Shown here: piece by piece, positions 14,585 to 28,400 of the stretch
How the letters are laid out: every line of letters begins with the position of its first letter
How positions within the stretch are numbered: the first letter of the stretch is position 1
Translations under genes and position numbers: made by a program
The notes under the pieces: model-generated
What the model saw: the letters and a program-made list of their open reading frames with translations, nothing else
Databases searched by the model: none
Told to the model about the DNA's origin: nothing
Assembly: GCA_964016885.1 (NCBI GenBank)
Contig: OZ024740.1
Coordinates: forward strand, 27,714,001-27,778,000
Reading direction: 5' to 3'
From: Eledone cirrhosa
Taxonomy: Eukaryota
DNA: 64,000 nucleotides

Positions 14585-17500
14585 ATGTAATCAATATTAC
14601 AGTTGGTAACATATTAGTAAGAGCAATACCTTGTGTCTATTGTAATCAATATTACAGTTGGTAACATATTAGTAAGAGCAATACCTTGTGTCTAATGTAA
14701 TCAATATTACAGTTGGTAACATATTAGTAAGAGCAATACCTTGTGTCTATTGTAATCAATATTACAGTTGGTAACATATTAGTAAGAACAATACCTCGTG
14801 TCTATTGTAATCAATATTACAGTTGGTATCATATTAGTAAGAACAATACCTTGCGTCTATTGTAATCAATATTACAGTTGGTAACATATTAGTAAGAGCA
14901 ATACCTTGTGTCTATTGTAATCAATATTACAGTTGGTAACATATTAGTAAGAGCAATACCATGTGTCTATTGTAATCAATATTACAGTTGGTAACATATT
15001 AGTAAGAGCAATATCTTGTGTCTATTGTAATCAATATTAGAGTTGGTAACATATTAGTAAGAGCAATACCTTGTGTCTATTGTAATCAATATTACAGCTG
15101 GTAGCATATTAGTAAAAGCAATACCTTGTGTCTATTGTAATCAATATCACAGTTGGTAACATATTAGTAAGAGCAATACCTTGTGTCTATTGTAATCAAT
15201 ATTACAGTTGGTAACATATTAGTAAAAGCAATACCTTGTGTCTAATGTAATCAATATTACAGTTGGTAACATATTAGTAAGAGCAATACCTTGTGTCTAT
15301 TGTAATCAATATTAGAGTTGGTAACATATTAGTAAGAACAATACCTTGTGTCTATTGTAATCAATATTACAGTTGGTAACATATTAGTAAGAGCAATACC
15401 TTGTGTCTATTGTAATCAATATCACAGTTGGTAACATATTAGTAAGAGCAATACCTTGTGTCTATTGTAATCAATATCACAGTTAGTAACATATTAGTAA
15501 GAGCAATACCTTGTGTCTATTGTAATCAATATTACAGTTGGTAACATATTAGTAAAAGCAATACCTTGTGTCTAATGTAATCAATAATACAGTTGGTAAC
15601 ATATTAGTAAGAGCAATACCTTGTGTCTATTGTAATCAATATTACAGTTGGTAACATATTAGTAAGAGCAATACCTGATGTCTATTTTAATCAATATTAC
15701 AGGTGGTAGCATATTAGTAAAAGCAATAACTTGTGTCTATTGTAATCAATTTCACAGTTGGTAACATATTAGTAAGAGCAATACCTTGTGTCTATTGTAA
15801 TCAATATTACAGGTGGTAGCATATTAGTAAAAGCAATACCTTGTGTCTATTGTAATCAATATTAAAATTGGTAACATATTAGTAAGAGCAATACTTTGTG
15901 TCTATTGTAATCAATATTACAGTTGGTAACATATTAGTAAAAGCAATACCTTGTGTCTATTGTAATCAATATTACAGTTGGTAACATATTAGTAAGAGCA
16001 ATACCTTGTGTCTATTGTAATCAATATTACAGTTGGTAACATATTAGTAAGAGCAATACCTTGAGTCTAATGTAATCAATATTACAGTTGGTAACATATT
16101 AGTAAGAGCAATACATTGTGTCTATTGTAATCAATATTACAGTTGGTAACATATTAGTAAGAACAATACCTCGTGTCTATTGTAATCAATATTACAGTTG
16201 GTAACATATTAGTAAGAGCAATACCTTGTGTCTATTGTAATCAATATTACAGTTGGTAACATATTAGTAAGAGCAATACCTCGTGTCTAATGTAATCAAT
16301 ATCACAGTTGGTAACATATTAGTAAGAGCAATACCTCCTTGTGTCTATGGTAATCAATATTAAGGTTGGTAACATATAAGTAAGAGCAATACCTTGTGTC
16401 TATTGTAATCAATATCACAGTTGGTAACATATTAGTAAGAGCAATACCTTGTGTCTATTGTAATCAATATTACAGGTGGTAGCATATTAGTAAAAGCAAT
16501 ACCTTGTGTCTATTGTAATCAATATTACAGTTGGTAACATATTAGTAAGAGCAGTACCTTGTGTCTATTGTAATCAATATTACAGTTGGTAACATATTAG
16601 TAAGAGCAATACCTTGTGTCTATTGTAATCAATATTACAGTTGGTAACATATTAGTAAGAGCAATACCTTGTGTCTATTGTAATCAATATTACAGTTGGT
16701 AACATATTAGTAAGAGCAATACCTTGTGTCTAATGTAATCAATATTACAGTTGGTAACATATTAGTAAGAGCAATACCTTTTGTATATTGTAATCAATAT
16801 TACAGTTGGTAACATAGTAGTAAGAGCAATACCTTGTGTCTGTTGTAATCAATATTACAGTTGGTAACATATTAGTAAGAGCAATACCTTGTGGCTATTG
16901 TAATCAATATTACAGTTGGTAACATATTAGTAAGAGCAATACCTTGTGTCTATTGTAATCAATATTACAGTTGGTAACATATTAGTAAGAGCAATACCTT
17001 GTGTCTATTGTAATCAATATTACAGTTGGTAACATATTAGTAAGAGCAATACTTTGTGTCTATTGTAATCAATATTACAGTTGGTAACATATTAGTAAGA
17101 GCAATACCTTGTGTCTATTGTAATCAATATCACAGTTGGTAACATATTAGTAAGAGCAATACCTTGTGTCTATTGTAATCAATATCACAGTTGGTAACAT
17201 ATTAGTAAGAGCAATACCTTGTGTCTATTGTAATCAATATTACAGTTGGTAACATATTAGTAAAAGCAATACCTTGTGTCTAATGTAATCAATATTACAG
17301 TTGGTAAGATATTAGTAAGAGCAATACCTTGTGTCTATTGTAATCAATATTACAGTTGGTAACATATTAGTAAGAGCAATACCTTGTGTCTAATGTAATC
17401 AATATTACAGTTGGTAACATATTAGTAAGAGCAATACCTTGTGTCTATTGTAATCAATATTACAGTTGGTAACATATTAGTAAGAACAATACCTCGTGTC

Positions 17501-19010
17501 TATTGTAATCAATATTACAGTTGGTAACATATTAGTAAGAACAATACCTTGCGTCTATTGTAATCAATATTACAGTTGGTAACATATTAGTAAGAGCAAT
17601 ACCTTGTGTCTATTGTAATCAATATTACAGTTGGTAACATATTAGTAAGAGCAATACCTTGTGTCTATTGTAATCAATATTACAGTTGGTAACATATTAG
17701 TAAGAGCAATACTTTGTGTCTATTGTAATCAATATTACAGTTGGTAACATATTAGTAAGAGCAATACCTTGTGTCTATTGTAATCAATATCACAGTTGGT
17801 AACATATTAGTAAGAGCAATACATTGTGTCTATTGTAATCAATATCACAGTTGGTAACATATTAGTAAGAGCAATACCTTGTGTCTATTGTAATCAATAT
17901 TACAGTTGGTAACATATTAGTAAAAGCAATACCTTGTGTCTAATGTAATCAATATTACAGTTGGTAACATATTAGTAAGAGCAATACCTTGTGTCTATTG
18001 TAATCAATATTACAGTTGGTAACATATTAGTAAGAGCAATACCTTGTGTCTAATGTAATCAATATTACAGTTGGTAACATATTAGTAAGAGCAATACCTT
18101 GTGTCTATTGTAATCAATATTACAGTTGGTAACATATTAGTAAGAGCAATACCTTGTGTCTAATGTAATCAATATTACAGTTGGTAACATATTAGTAAGA
18201 GCAATACCTTGTGTCTATTGTAATCAATATTACAGTTGGTAACATATTAGTAAGAACAATACCTCGTGTCTATTGTAATCAATATTACAGTTGGTATCAT
18301 ATTAGTAAGAACAATACCTTGCGTCTATTGTAATCAATATTACAGTTGGTAACATATTAGTAAGAGCAATACCTTGTGTCTATTGTAATCAATATTACAG
18401 TTGGTAACATATTAGTAAGAGCAATACCATGTGTCTATTGTAATCAATATTACAGTTGGTAACATATTAGTAAGAGCAATATCTTGTGTCTATTGTAATC
18501 AATATTAGAGTTGGTAACATATTAGTAAGAGCAATACCTTGTGTCTATTGTAATCAATATTACAGGTGGTAGCATATTAGTAAAAGCAATACCTTGTGTC
18601 TATTGTAATCAATATCACACTTGGTAACATATTAGTAAGAGCAATACCTTGTGTCTATTGTAATCAATATTACAGTTGGTAACATATTAGTAAAAGCAAT
18701 ACCTTGTGTCTAATGTAATCAATATTACAGTTGGTAACATATTAGTAAGAGCAATACCTTGTGTCTATTGTAATCAATATTAGAGTTGGTAACATATTAG
18801 TAAGAACAATACCTTGTGTCTATTGTAATCAATATTACAGTTGGTAACATATTAGTAAGAGCAATACCTTGTGTCTATTGTAATCAATATTACAGTTGGT
18901 AACATATTAGTAAAAGCAATACCTTGTGTCTAATGTAATCAATAATACAGTTGGTAACATATTAGTAAGAGCAATACCTTGTGTCTATTGTAATCAATAT
19001 TACAGTTGGT
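12190..19010. repeat. Tandem duplication of a 63-monomer (3,468 bp) block, overlapping copy 3; boundaries approximate
   Basis: Rare variants pair at offset 3468: CTGATG..TTTT 12209/15677, AGTTGGTATC 14821/18289, ATGTGT (in ACCATGTG) 14961/18429. The second copy is two monomers shorter near its end (TCAATAATAC 15581/18939). Confidence 0.88.
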
Positions 19011-19329
19011 AACATATTAGTAAGAGCAATACCTTGTGTCTAATGTAATCAATATTACAGTTGGTAACATATTAGTAAGAGCAATACCTTGTGTCTATTG
19101 TAATCAATATTACAGTTGGTAACATATTAGTAAGAGCAATACCTTGTGTCTAATGTAATCAATATTACAGTTGGTAACATATTAGTAAGAGCAATACCTT
19201 GTGTCTATTGTAATCAATATTACAGTTGGTAACATATTAGTAAGAACAATACCTTGTGTCTATTGTAATCAATATTACAGTTGGTAACATATTAGTAAGA
19301 ACAATACCTTGCGTCTATTGTAATCAATA

Positions 19330-21300
19330 TTACAGTTGGTAACATATTAGTAAGAGCAATACCTTGTGTCTATTGTAATCAATATTACAGTTGGTAACAT
19401 ATTAGTAAGAGCAATACCTTGTGTCTATTGTAATCAATATTACAGTTTGTAACATATTAGTAAGAGCAATATCTTGTGTCTATTGTAATCAATATTAGAG
19501 TTGGTAACATATTAGTAAGAGCAATACCTTGTGTCTATTGTAATCAATATTACAGGTGGTAGCATATTAGTAAAAGCAATACCTTGTGTCTATTGTAATC
19601 AATATTACAGTTGGTAAAATATTAGTAAGAGCAATACCTTGTGTCTATTGTAATCAATATTACAGTTGGTAACATATTAGTAAGAGCAATACCTTGTGTC
19701 TATTGTAATCAATATTACAGTTGGTAACATATTAGTAAGAGCAATACCTTGAGTCTAATGTAATCAATATTACAGTTGGTAACATATTAGTAAGAGCAAT
19801 ACCTTGTGTCTATTGTAATCAATATTACAGTTGGTAACATATTAGTAAGAACAATACCTCGTGTCTATTGTAATCAATATTACAGTTGGTAACATATTAG
19901 TAAGAGCAATACCTTGTGTCTATTGTAATCAATATTACAGTTGGTAACATATTAGTAAGAGCAATACCTCGTGTCTAATGTAATCAATATCACAGTTGGT
20001 AACATATTAGTAAGAGCAATACCTCCTTGTGTCTATGGTAATCAATATTAAGGTTGGTAACATATAAGTAAGAGCAATTCCTTGTGTCTATTGTAATCAA
20101 TATTACAGGTGGTAGCATATTAGTAAAAGCAATACCTTGTGTCTATTGTAATCAATATCACAGTTGGTAACATATTAGTAAGAGCAATACCTTGTGTCTA
20201 TTGTAATCAATATTACAGGTGGTAGCATATTAGTAAAAGCAATACCTTGTGTCTATTGTAATCAATATTACAGTTGGTAACATATTAGTAAGAGCAATAC
20301 CTTGTGTCTATTGTAATCAATATTACAGTTGGTAACATATTAGTAAGAGCAATACCTTGTGTCTATTGTAATCAATATTACAGTTGGTAACATATTAGTA
20401 AGAGCAATACCTTGTGTCTATTGTAATCAATATTACAGTTGGTAACATATTAGTAAGAGCAATACCTTGTGTCTAATGTAATCAATATTACATTTGGTAA
20501 CATATTAGTAAGAGCAATACTTTGTGTCTATTGTAATCAATATTACAGTTGGTAACATATTAGTAAGAGCAATACCTTGTGTCTATTGTAATCAATATTA
20601 CAGTTGGTAACATATTAGTAAGAGCAATACCTTGTGTCTATTGTAATCAATATTACAGTTTGTAACATATTAGTAAGAGCAATATCTTGTGTCTATTGTA
20701 ATCAATATTAGAGTTGGTAACATATTAGTAAGAGCAATACCTTGTGTCTATTGTAATCAATATTACAGGTGGTAGCATATTAGTAAAAGCAATACCTTGT
20801 GTCTATTGTAATCAATATTACAGTTGGTAAAATATTAGTAAGAGCAATACCTTGTGTCTATTGTAATCAATATTACAGTTGGTAACATATTAGTAAGAGC
20901 AATACCTTGTGTCTATTGTAATCAATATTACAGTTGGTAACATATTAGTAAGAGCAATACCTTGAGTCTAATGTAATCAATATTACAGTTGGTAACATAT
21001 TAGTAAGAGCAATACCTTGTGTCTATTGTAATCAATATTACAGTTGGTAACATATTAGTAAGAACAATACCTCGTGTCTATTGTAATCAATATTACAGTT
21101 GGTAACATATTAGTAAGAGCAATACCTTGTGTCTATTGTAATCAATATTACAGTTGGTAACATATTAGTAAGAGCAATACCTCGTGTCTAATGTAATCAA
21201 TATCACAGTTGGTAACATATTAGTAAGAGCAATACCTCCTTGTGTCTATGGTAATCAATATTAAGGTTGGTAACATATAAGTAAGAGCAATACCTTGTGT
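19330..21300. repeat. 22-monomer (1,213 bp) tandem duplication, second copy partial; boundaries approximate
   Basis: TACAGTTTG..ATATCTTG..TTAGAG series at 19441 and 20654; landmarks at 20023 and 21236. Confidence 0.8.
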
Positions 21301-21949
21301 CTATTGTAATCAATATTACAGTTGGTAACATATTAGTAAGAGCAATACCTTGAGTCTAATGTAATCAATATTACAGTTGGTAACATATTAGTAAGAGCAA
21401 TACCTTGTGTCTATTGTAATCAATATTACAGTTGGTAACATATTAGTAAGAACAATACCTCGTGTCTATTGTAATCAATATTACAGTTGGTAACATATTA
21501 GTAAGAGCAATACCTTGTGTCTATTGTAATCAATATTACAGGTGGTAGCATATTAGTAAAAGCAATACCTTGTGTCTATTGTAATCAATATCACAGTTGG
21601 TAACATATTAGTAAGAGCAATACCTTGTGCTTATTGTAATCAATATTACAGGTGGTAGCATATTAGTAAAAACAATACCTTGTGTCTATTGTAATCAATA
21701 TTACAGTTGGTAACATATTAGTAAGAGCAATACCTTGTGTCTATTGTAATCAATATTACAGTTGGTAACATATTAGTAAGAGCAATACCTTGTGTCTATT
21801 GTAATCAATATTACAGTTGGTAACATATTAGTAAGAGCAATACCTTGTGTCTATTGTAATCAATATTACAGTTGGTAACATATTAGTAAGAGCAATACCT
21901 TGTGTCTAATGTAATCAATATTACAGTTGGTAACATATTAGTAAGAGCA

Positions 21950-24900
21950 ATACTTTGTGTCTATTGTAATCAATATTACAGTTGGTAACATATTAGTAAG
22001 AGCAATACCTTGTGTCTATTGTAATCAATATCACAGTTGGTAACATATTAGTAAGAGCAATACCTTGTGTCTATTGTAATCAATATCACAGTTGGTAACA
22101 TATTAGTAAGAGCAATACCTTGTGTCTATTGTAATCAATATTACAGGTGGTAGCATATTAGTAAAAGCAATACCTTGTGTCTATTGTAATCAATATTACA
22201 GTTGGTAAAATATTAGTAAGAGCAATACCTTGTGTCTATTGTAATCAATATTACAGTTGGTAACATATTAGTAAGAGCAATACCTTGTGTCTATTGTAAT
22301 CAATATTACAGTTGGTAACATATTAGTAAGAGCAATACCTTGTGTCTATTGTAACCAATATTACAGTTGGTAACATATTAGTAAGAGCAATACCTTGTGT
22401 CTAATGTAATCAATATTACAGTTGGTAACATATTAGTAAGAGCAATACCTTGTGTCTATTGTAATCAATATTACAGTTGGTAACATATTAGTAAGAACAA
22501 TACCTCGTGTCTATTGTAATCAATATTACAGTTGGTAACATTTTAGTAAGAACAATACCTTGCGTCTATTGTAATCAATATTACAGTTGGTAACATATTA
22601 GTAAGAGCAATACCTTGTGTCTATTGTAATCAATATTACAGTTGGTAACATATTAGTAAGAGCAATACCTTGTGTCTATTGTAATCAATATTACAGTTTG
22701 TAACATATTAGTAAGAGCAATATCTTGTGTCTATTGTAATCAATATTAGAGTTGGTAACATATTAGTAAGAGCAATACCTTGTGTCTATTGTAATCAATA
22801 TTACAGGTGGTAGCATATTAGTAAAAGCAATACCTTGTGTCTATTGTAATCAATATTACAGTTGGTAAAATATTAGTAAGAGCAATACCTTGTGTCTATT
22901 GTAATCAATATTACAGTTGGTAACAGATTAGTAAGAGCAATACCTTGTGTCTATTGTAATCAATATTACAGTTGGTAACATATTAGTAAGAGCAATACCT
23001 TGAGTCTAATGTAATCAATATTACAGTTGGTAACATATTAGTAAGAGCAATACCTTGTGTCTATTGTAATCAATATTACAGTTGGTAACATATTAGTAAG
23101 AACAATACCTCGTGTCTATTGTAATCAATATTACAGTTGGTAACATATTAGTAAGAGCAATACCTTTTGTCTATTGTAATCAATATTACAGTTGGTAACA
23201 TATTAGTAAGAGCAATACCTCGTGTCTAATGTAATCAATATCACAGTTGGTAACATATTAGTAAGAGCAATACCTCCTTGTGTCTATGGTAATCAATATT
23301 ACAGGTGGTAGCATATTAGTAAAAGCAATACCTTGTGTCTATTGTAATCAATATCACAGTTGGTAACATATTAGTAAGAGCAATACCTTGTGTCTATTGT
23401 AATCAATATTACAGGTGGTAGCATATTAGTAAAAGCAATACCTTGTGTCTATTGTAATCAATATTACAGTTGGTAACATATTAGTAAGAGCAATACCTTG
23501 TGTCTATTGTAATCAATATTACAGTTGGTAACATATTAGTAAGAGCAATACCTTGTGTCTATTGTAATCAATATTACAGTTGGTAACATATTAGTAAGAG
23601 CAATACCTTGTGTCTATTGTACTCAATATTAGAGTTGGTAACATATTAGTAAGAACAATACCTTGTGTCTATTGTAATCAATATTACAGTTGGTAACATA
23701 TTAGTAAGAGCAATACTTTGTGTCTATTGTAATCAATATTACAGTTGGTAACATATTAGTAAGAGCAATACCTTGTGTCTATTGTAATCAATATCACAGT
23801 TGGTAACATATTAGTAAGAGCAATACCTTGTGTCTATTGTAATCAATATCACAGTTGGTAACATATTAGTAAGAGCAATACCTTGTGTCTATTGTAATCA
23901 ATATTACAGGTGGTAGCATATTAGTAAAAGCAATACCTTGTGTCTATTGTAATCAATATTACAGTTGGTAAAATATTAGTAAGAGCAATACCTTGTGTCT
24001 ATTGTAATCAATATTACAGTTGGTAACATATTAGTAAGAGCAATACCTTGTGTCTATTGTAATCAATATTACAGTTGGTAACATATTAGTAAGAGCAATA
24101 CCTTGTGTCTATTGTAACCAATATTACAGTTGGTAACATATTAGTAAGAGCAATACCTTGTGTCTAATGTAATCAATATTACAGTTGGTAACATATTAGT
24201 AAGAGCAATACCTTGTGTCTATTGTAATCAATATTACAGTTGGTAACATATTAGTAAGAACAATACCTCGTGTCTATTGTAATCAATATTACAGTTGGTA
24301 ACATATTAGTAAGAACAATACCTTGCGTCTATTGTAATCAATATTACAGTTGGTAACATATTAGTAAGAGCAATACCTTGTGTCTATTGTAATCAATATT
24401 ACAGTTGGTAACATATTAGTAAGAGCAATACCTTGTGTCTATTGTAATCAATATTACAGTTTGTAACATATTAGTAAGAGCAATATCTTGTGTCTATTGT
24501 AATCAATATTAGAGTTGGTAACATATTAGTAAGAGCAATACCTTGTGTCTATTGTAATCAATATTACAGGTGGTAGCATATTAGTAAAAGCAATACCTTG
24601 TGTCTATTGTAATCAATATTACAGTTGGTAAAATATTAGTAAGAGCAATACCTTGTGTCTATTGTAATCAATATTACAGTTGGTAACAGATTAGTAAGAG
24701 CAATACCTTGTGTCTATTGTAATCAATATTACAGTTGGTAACATATTAGTAAGAGCAATACCTTGAGTCTAATGTAATCAATATTACAGTTGGTAACATA
24801 TTAGTAAGAGCAATACCTTGTGTCTATTGTAATCAATATTACAGTTGGTAACATATTAGTAAGAACAATACCTCGTGTCTATTGTAATCAATATTACAGT

Positions 24901-25470
24901 TGGTAACATATTAGTAAGAGCAATACCTTTTGTCTATTGTAATCAATATTACAGTTGGTAACATATTAGTAAGAGCAATACCTCGTGTCTAATGTAATCA
25001 ATATCACAGTTGGTAACATATTAGTAAGAGCAATACCTCCTTGTGTCTATGGTAATCAATATTACAGGTGGTAGCATATTAGTAAAAGCAATACCTTGTG
25101 TCTATTGTAATCAATATCACAGTTGGTAACATATTAGTAAGAGCAATACCTTGTGTCTATTGTAATCAATATTACAGGTGGTAGCATATTAGTAAAAGCA
25201 ATACCTTGTGTCTATTGTAATCAATATTACAGTTGGTAACATATTAGTAAGAGCAATACCTTGTGTCTATTGTAATCAATATTACAGTTGGTAACATATT
25301 AGTAAGAGCAATACCTTGTGTCTATTGTAATCAATATTACAGTTGGTAACATATTAGTAAGAGCAATACCTTGTGTCTATTGTAATCAATATTAGAGTTG
25401 GTAACATATTAGTAAGAACAATACCTTGTGTCTATTGTAATCAATATTACAGTTGGTAACATATTAGTAA
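21950..25470. repeat. 32-monomer (1,763 bp) tandem duplication; boundaries approximate
   Basis: GTAACCAATA 22351/24114, TACAGTTTG 22692/24455 and landmarks 23274/25037, all at offset 1763 = 32 x 55 + 3. Confidence 0.87.
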
Positions 25471-28400
25471 GAGCAATACTTTGTGTCTGTTGTAATCAAT
25501 ATTACAGTTGGTAACATATTAGTAAGAGCAATACCTTGTGTCTATTGTAATCAATATCACAGTTGGTAACATATTAGTAAGAGCAATACCTTGTGTCTAT
25601 TGTAATCAATATCACAATTGGTAACATATTAGTAAGAGCAATACCTTGTGTCTATTGTAATCAATATTACAGTTGGTAACATATTAGTAAAAGCAATACC
25701 TTGTGTCTAATGTAATCAATATTACAGTTGGTAACATATTAGTAAGAGCAATACCTTGTGTCTATTGTAATCAATATTACAGTTGGTAACATATTAGTAA
25801 GAACAATACCTTGTGTCTAATGTAATCAATAATACAGTTGGTAACATATTAGTAAGAGCAATACCTTGTGTCTATTGTAATCAATATTACAGTTGGTAAC
25901 ATATTAGTAAGAGCAATACCTTGTGTCTAATGTAATCAATATTACAGTTGGTAACATATTAGTAAGAACAATACCTTGCGTCTATTGTAATCAATATTAC
26001 AGTTGGTAACATATTAGCAAGAGCAATACCTTGTGTCTATTGTAATCAATATTACAGTTGGTAACATATTAGTAAGAGCAATACCTTGTGTCTATTGTAA
26101 TCAATATTACAGTTGGTAACATATTAGTAAGAGCAATACCTTGTGTCTATTGTAATCAATATTACAGTTGGTAACATATTAGTAAGAACAATACCTTGTG
26201 TCTATTGTAATCAATATTACAGTTGGTAACATATTAGTAGGAGCAATACGTTGTGTCTATTGTAATCAATATTACAGTTGGTAACATATTAGTAAGAGCA
26301 ATACCTTGTGTCTATTGTAATCAATATCACAGTTGGTAACATATTAGTAAGAGCAATACCTTGTGTCTATTGTAATCAATATCACAGTTGATAACATATT
26401 AGTAAGAGCAATACCTTGTGTCTATTGTAATCAATATTACAGTTGGTAACATATTAGTAAAAGCAATACCTTGTGTCTAATGTAATCAATATTACAGTTG
26501 GTAACATATTAGTAAGAGCAATACCTTGTGTCTATTGTAATCAATATTACAGTTGGTAACATATTAGTAAGAGCAATACCTTGTGTCTAATGTAATCAAT
26601 ATTACAGTTGGTAACATATTAGTAAGAGCAATACCTTGTGTCTATTGTAATCAATATTACAGTTGGTAACATATTAGTAAGAGCAATACCTTGTGTCTAA
26701 TGTAATCAATATTACAGTTGGTAACATATTAGTAAGAGCAATACCTTGTGCCTATTGTAATCAATATTACAGTTGGTAACATATTAGTAAGAACAATACC
26801 TCGTGTCTATTGTAATCAATATTACAGTTGGTAACATATTAGTAAGAGCAATACCTTGTGTCTATTGTAATCAATATTACAGTTGGTAACATATTAGTAA
26901 GAGCAATACCTCGTGTCTAATGTAATCAATATCACAGTTGGTAACATATTAGTAAGAGCAATACCTCCTTGTGTCTATGGTAATCAATATTAAGGTTGGT
27001 AACATATTAGTAAGAGCAATACCTTGTGTCTATTGTAATCAATATTACAGTTGGTAACACATTAGTAAGAGCAATACCTCGTGTCTATTGTAATCAATAT
27101 TACAGTTGGTAAAATATTAGTAAGAGCAATACGTTGTGTCTATTGTAATCAATATTACAGTTGGTAACATATTAGTAAGAGCAATACCTTGTGTCTATTG
27201 TAATCAATATTACAGTTGGTAACATATTAGTAAGAGCAATACCTTGAGTCTAATGTAATCAATATTACAGTTGGTAACATATTAGTAAGAGCAATACCTT
27301 GTGTCTATTGTAATCAATATTACAGTTGGTAACATATTAGTAAGAACAATACCTCGTGTCTATTGTAATCAATATTACAGTTGGTAACATATTAGTAAGA
27401 GCAATACCTTGTGTCTATTGTAATCAATATTACAGTTGGTAACATATTAGTAAGAGCAATACCTCGTGTCTAATGTAATCAATATCACAGTTGGTAACAT
27501 ATTAGTAAGAGCAATACCTCCTTGTGTCTATGGTAATCAATATTAAGGTTGGTAACATATAAGTAAGAGCAATACCTTGTGTCTATTGTAATCAATATTA
27601 CAGGTGGTAGCATATTAGTAAAAGCAATACCTTGTGTCTATTGTAATCAATATCACAGTTGGTAACATATTAGTAAGAGCAATACCTTGTGTCTATTGTA
27701 ATCAATATTACAGTTGGTAGCATATTAGTAAAAGCAATACCTTGTGTCTATTGTAATCAATATTACAGTTGGTAACATATTAGTAAGAGCAATACCTTGT
27801 GTCTATTGTAATCAATATTACAGTTGGTAACATATTAGTAAGAGCAATATCTTGTGTCTATTGTAATCAATATTACAGTTGGTAACATATTAGTAAGAGC
27901 AATACCTTGTGTCTATTGTAATCAATATTACAGGTGGTAGCATATTAGTAAAAGCAATACCTTGTGTCTATTGTAATCAATATTACAGTTGGTAACATAT
28001 TAGTAAGAGCAATACCTTGTGTCTATTGTAATCAATATTACAGTTGGTAACATATTAGTAAGAGCAATACCTTGTGTCTATTGTAATCAATATTACAGTT
28101 GGTAACATATTAGTAAGAGCAATACCTTGTGTCTAATGTAATCAATATTACAGTTGGTAACATATTAGTAAGAGCAATATCTTGTGTCTATTGTAATCAA
28201 TATTACAGTTGGTAACATATTAGTAAGAGCAATACCTTGTGTCTATTGTAATCAATATTACAGGTGGTAGCATATTAGTAAAAGCAATACCTTGTGTCTA
28301 TTGTAATCAATATTACAGTTGGTAACATATTAGTAAGAGCAATACCTTGTGTCTATTGTAATCAATATTACAGTTGGTAACATATTAGTAAGAGCAATAC

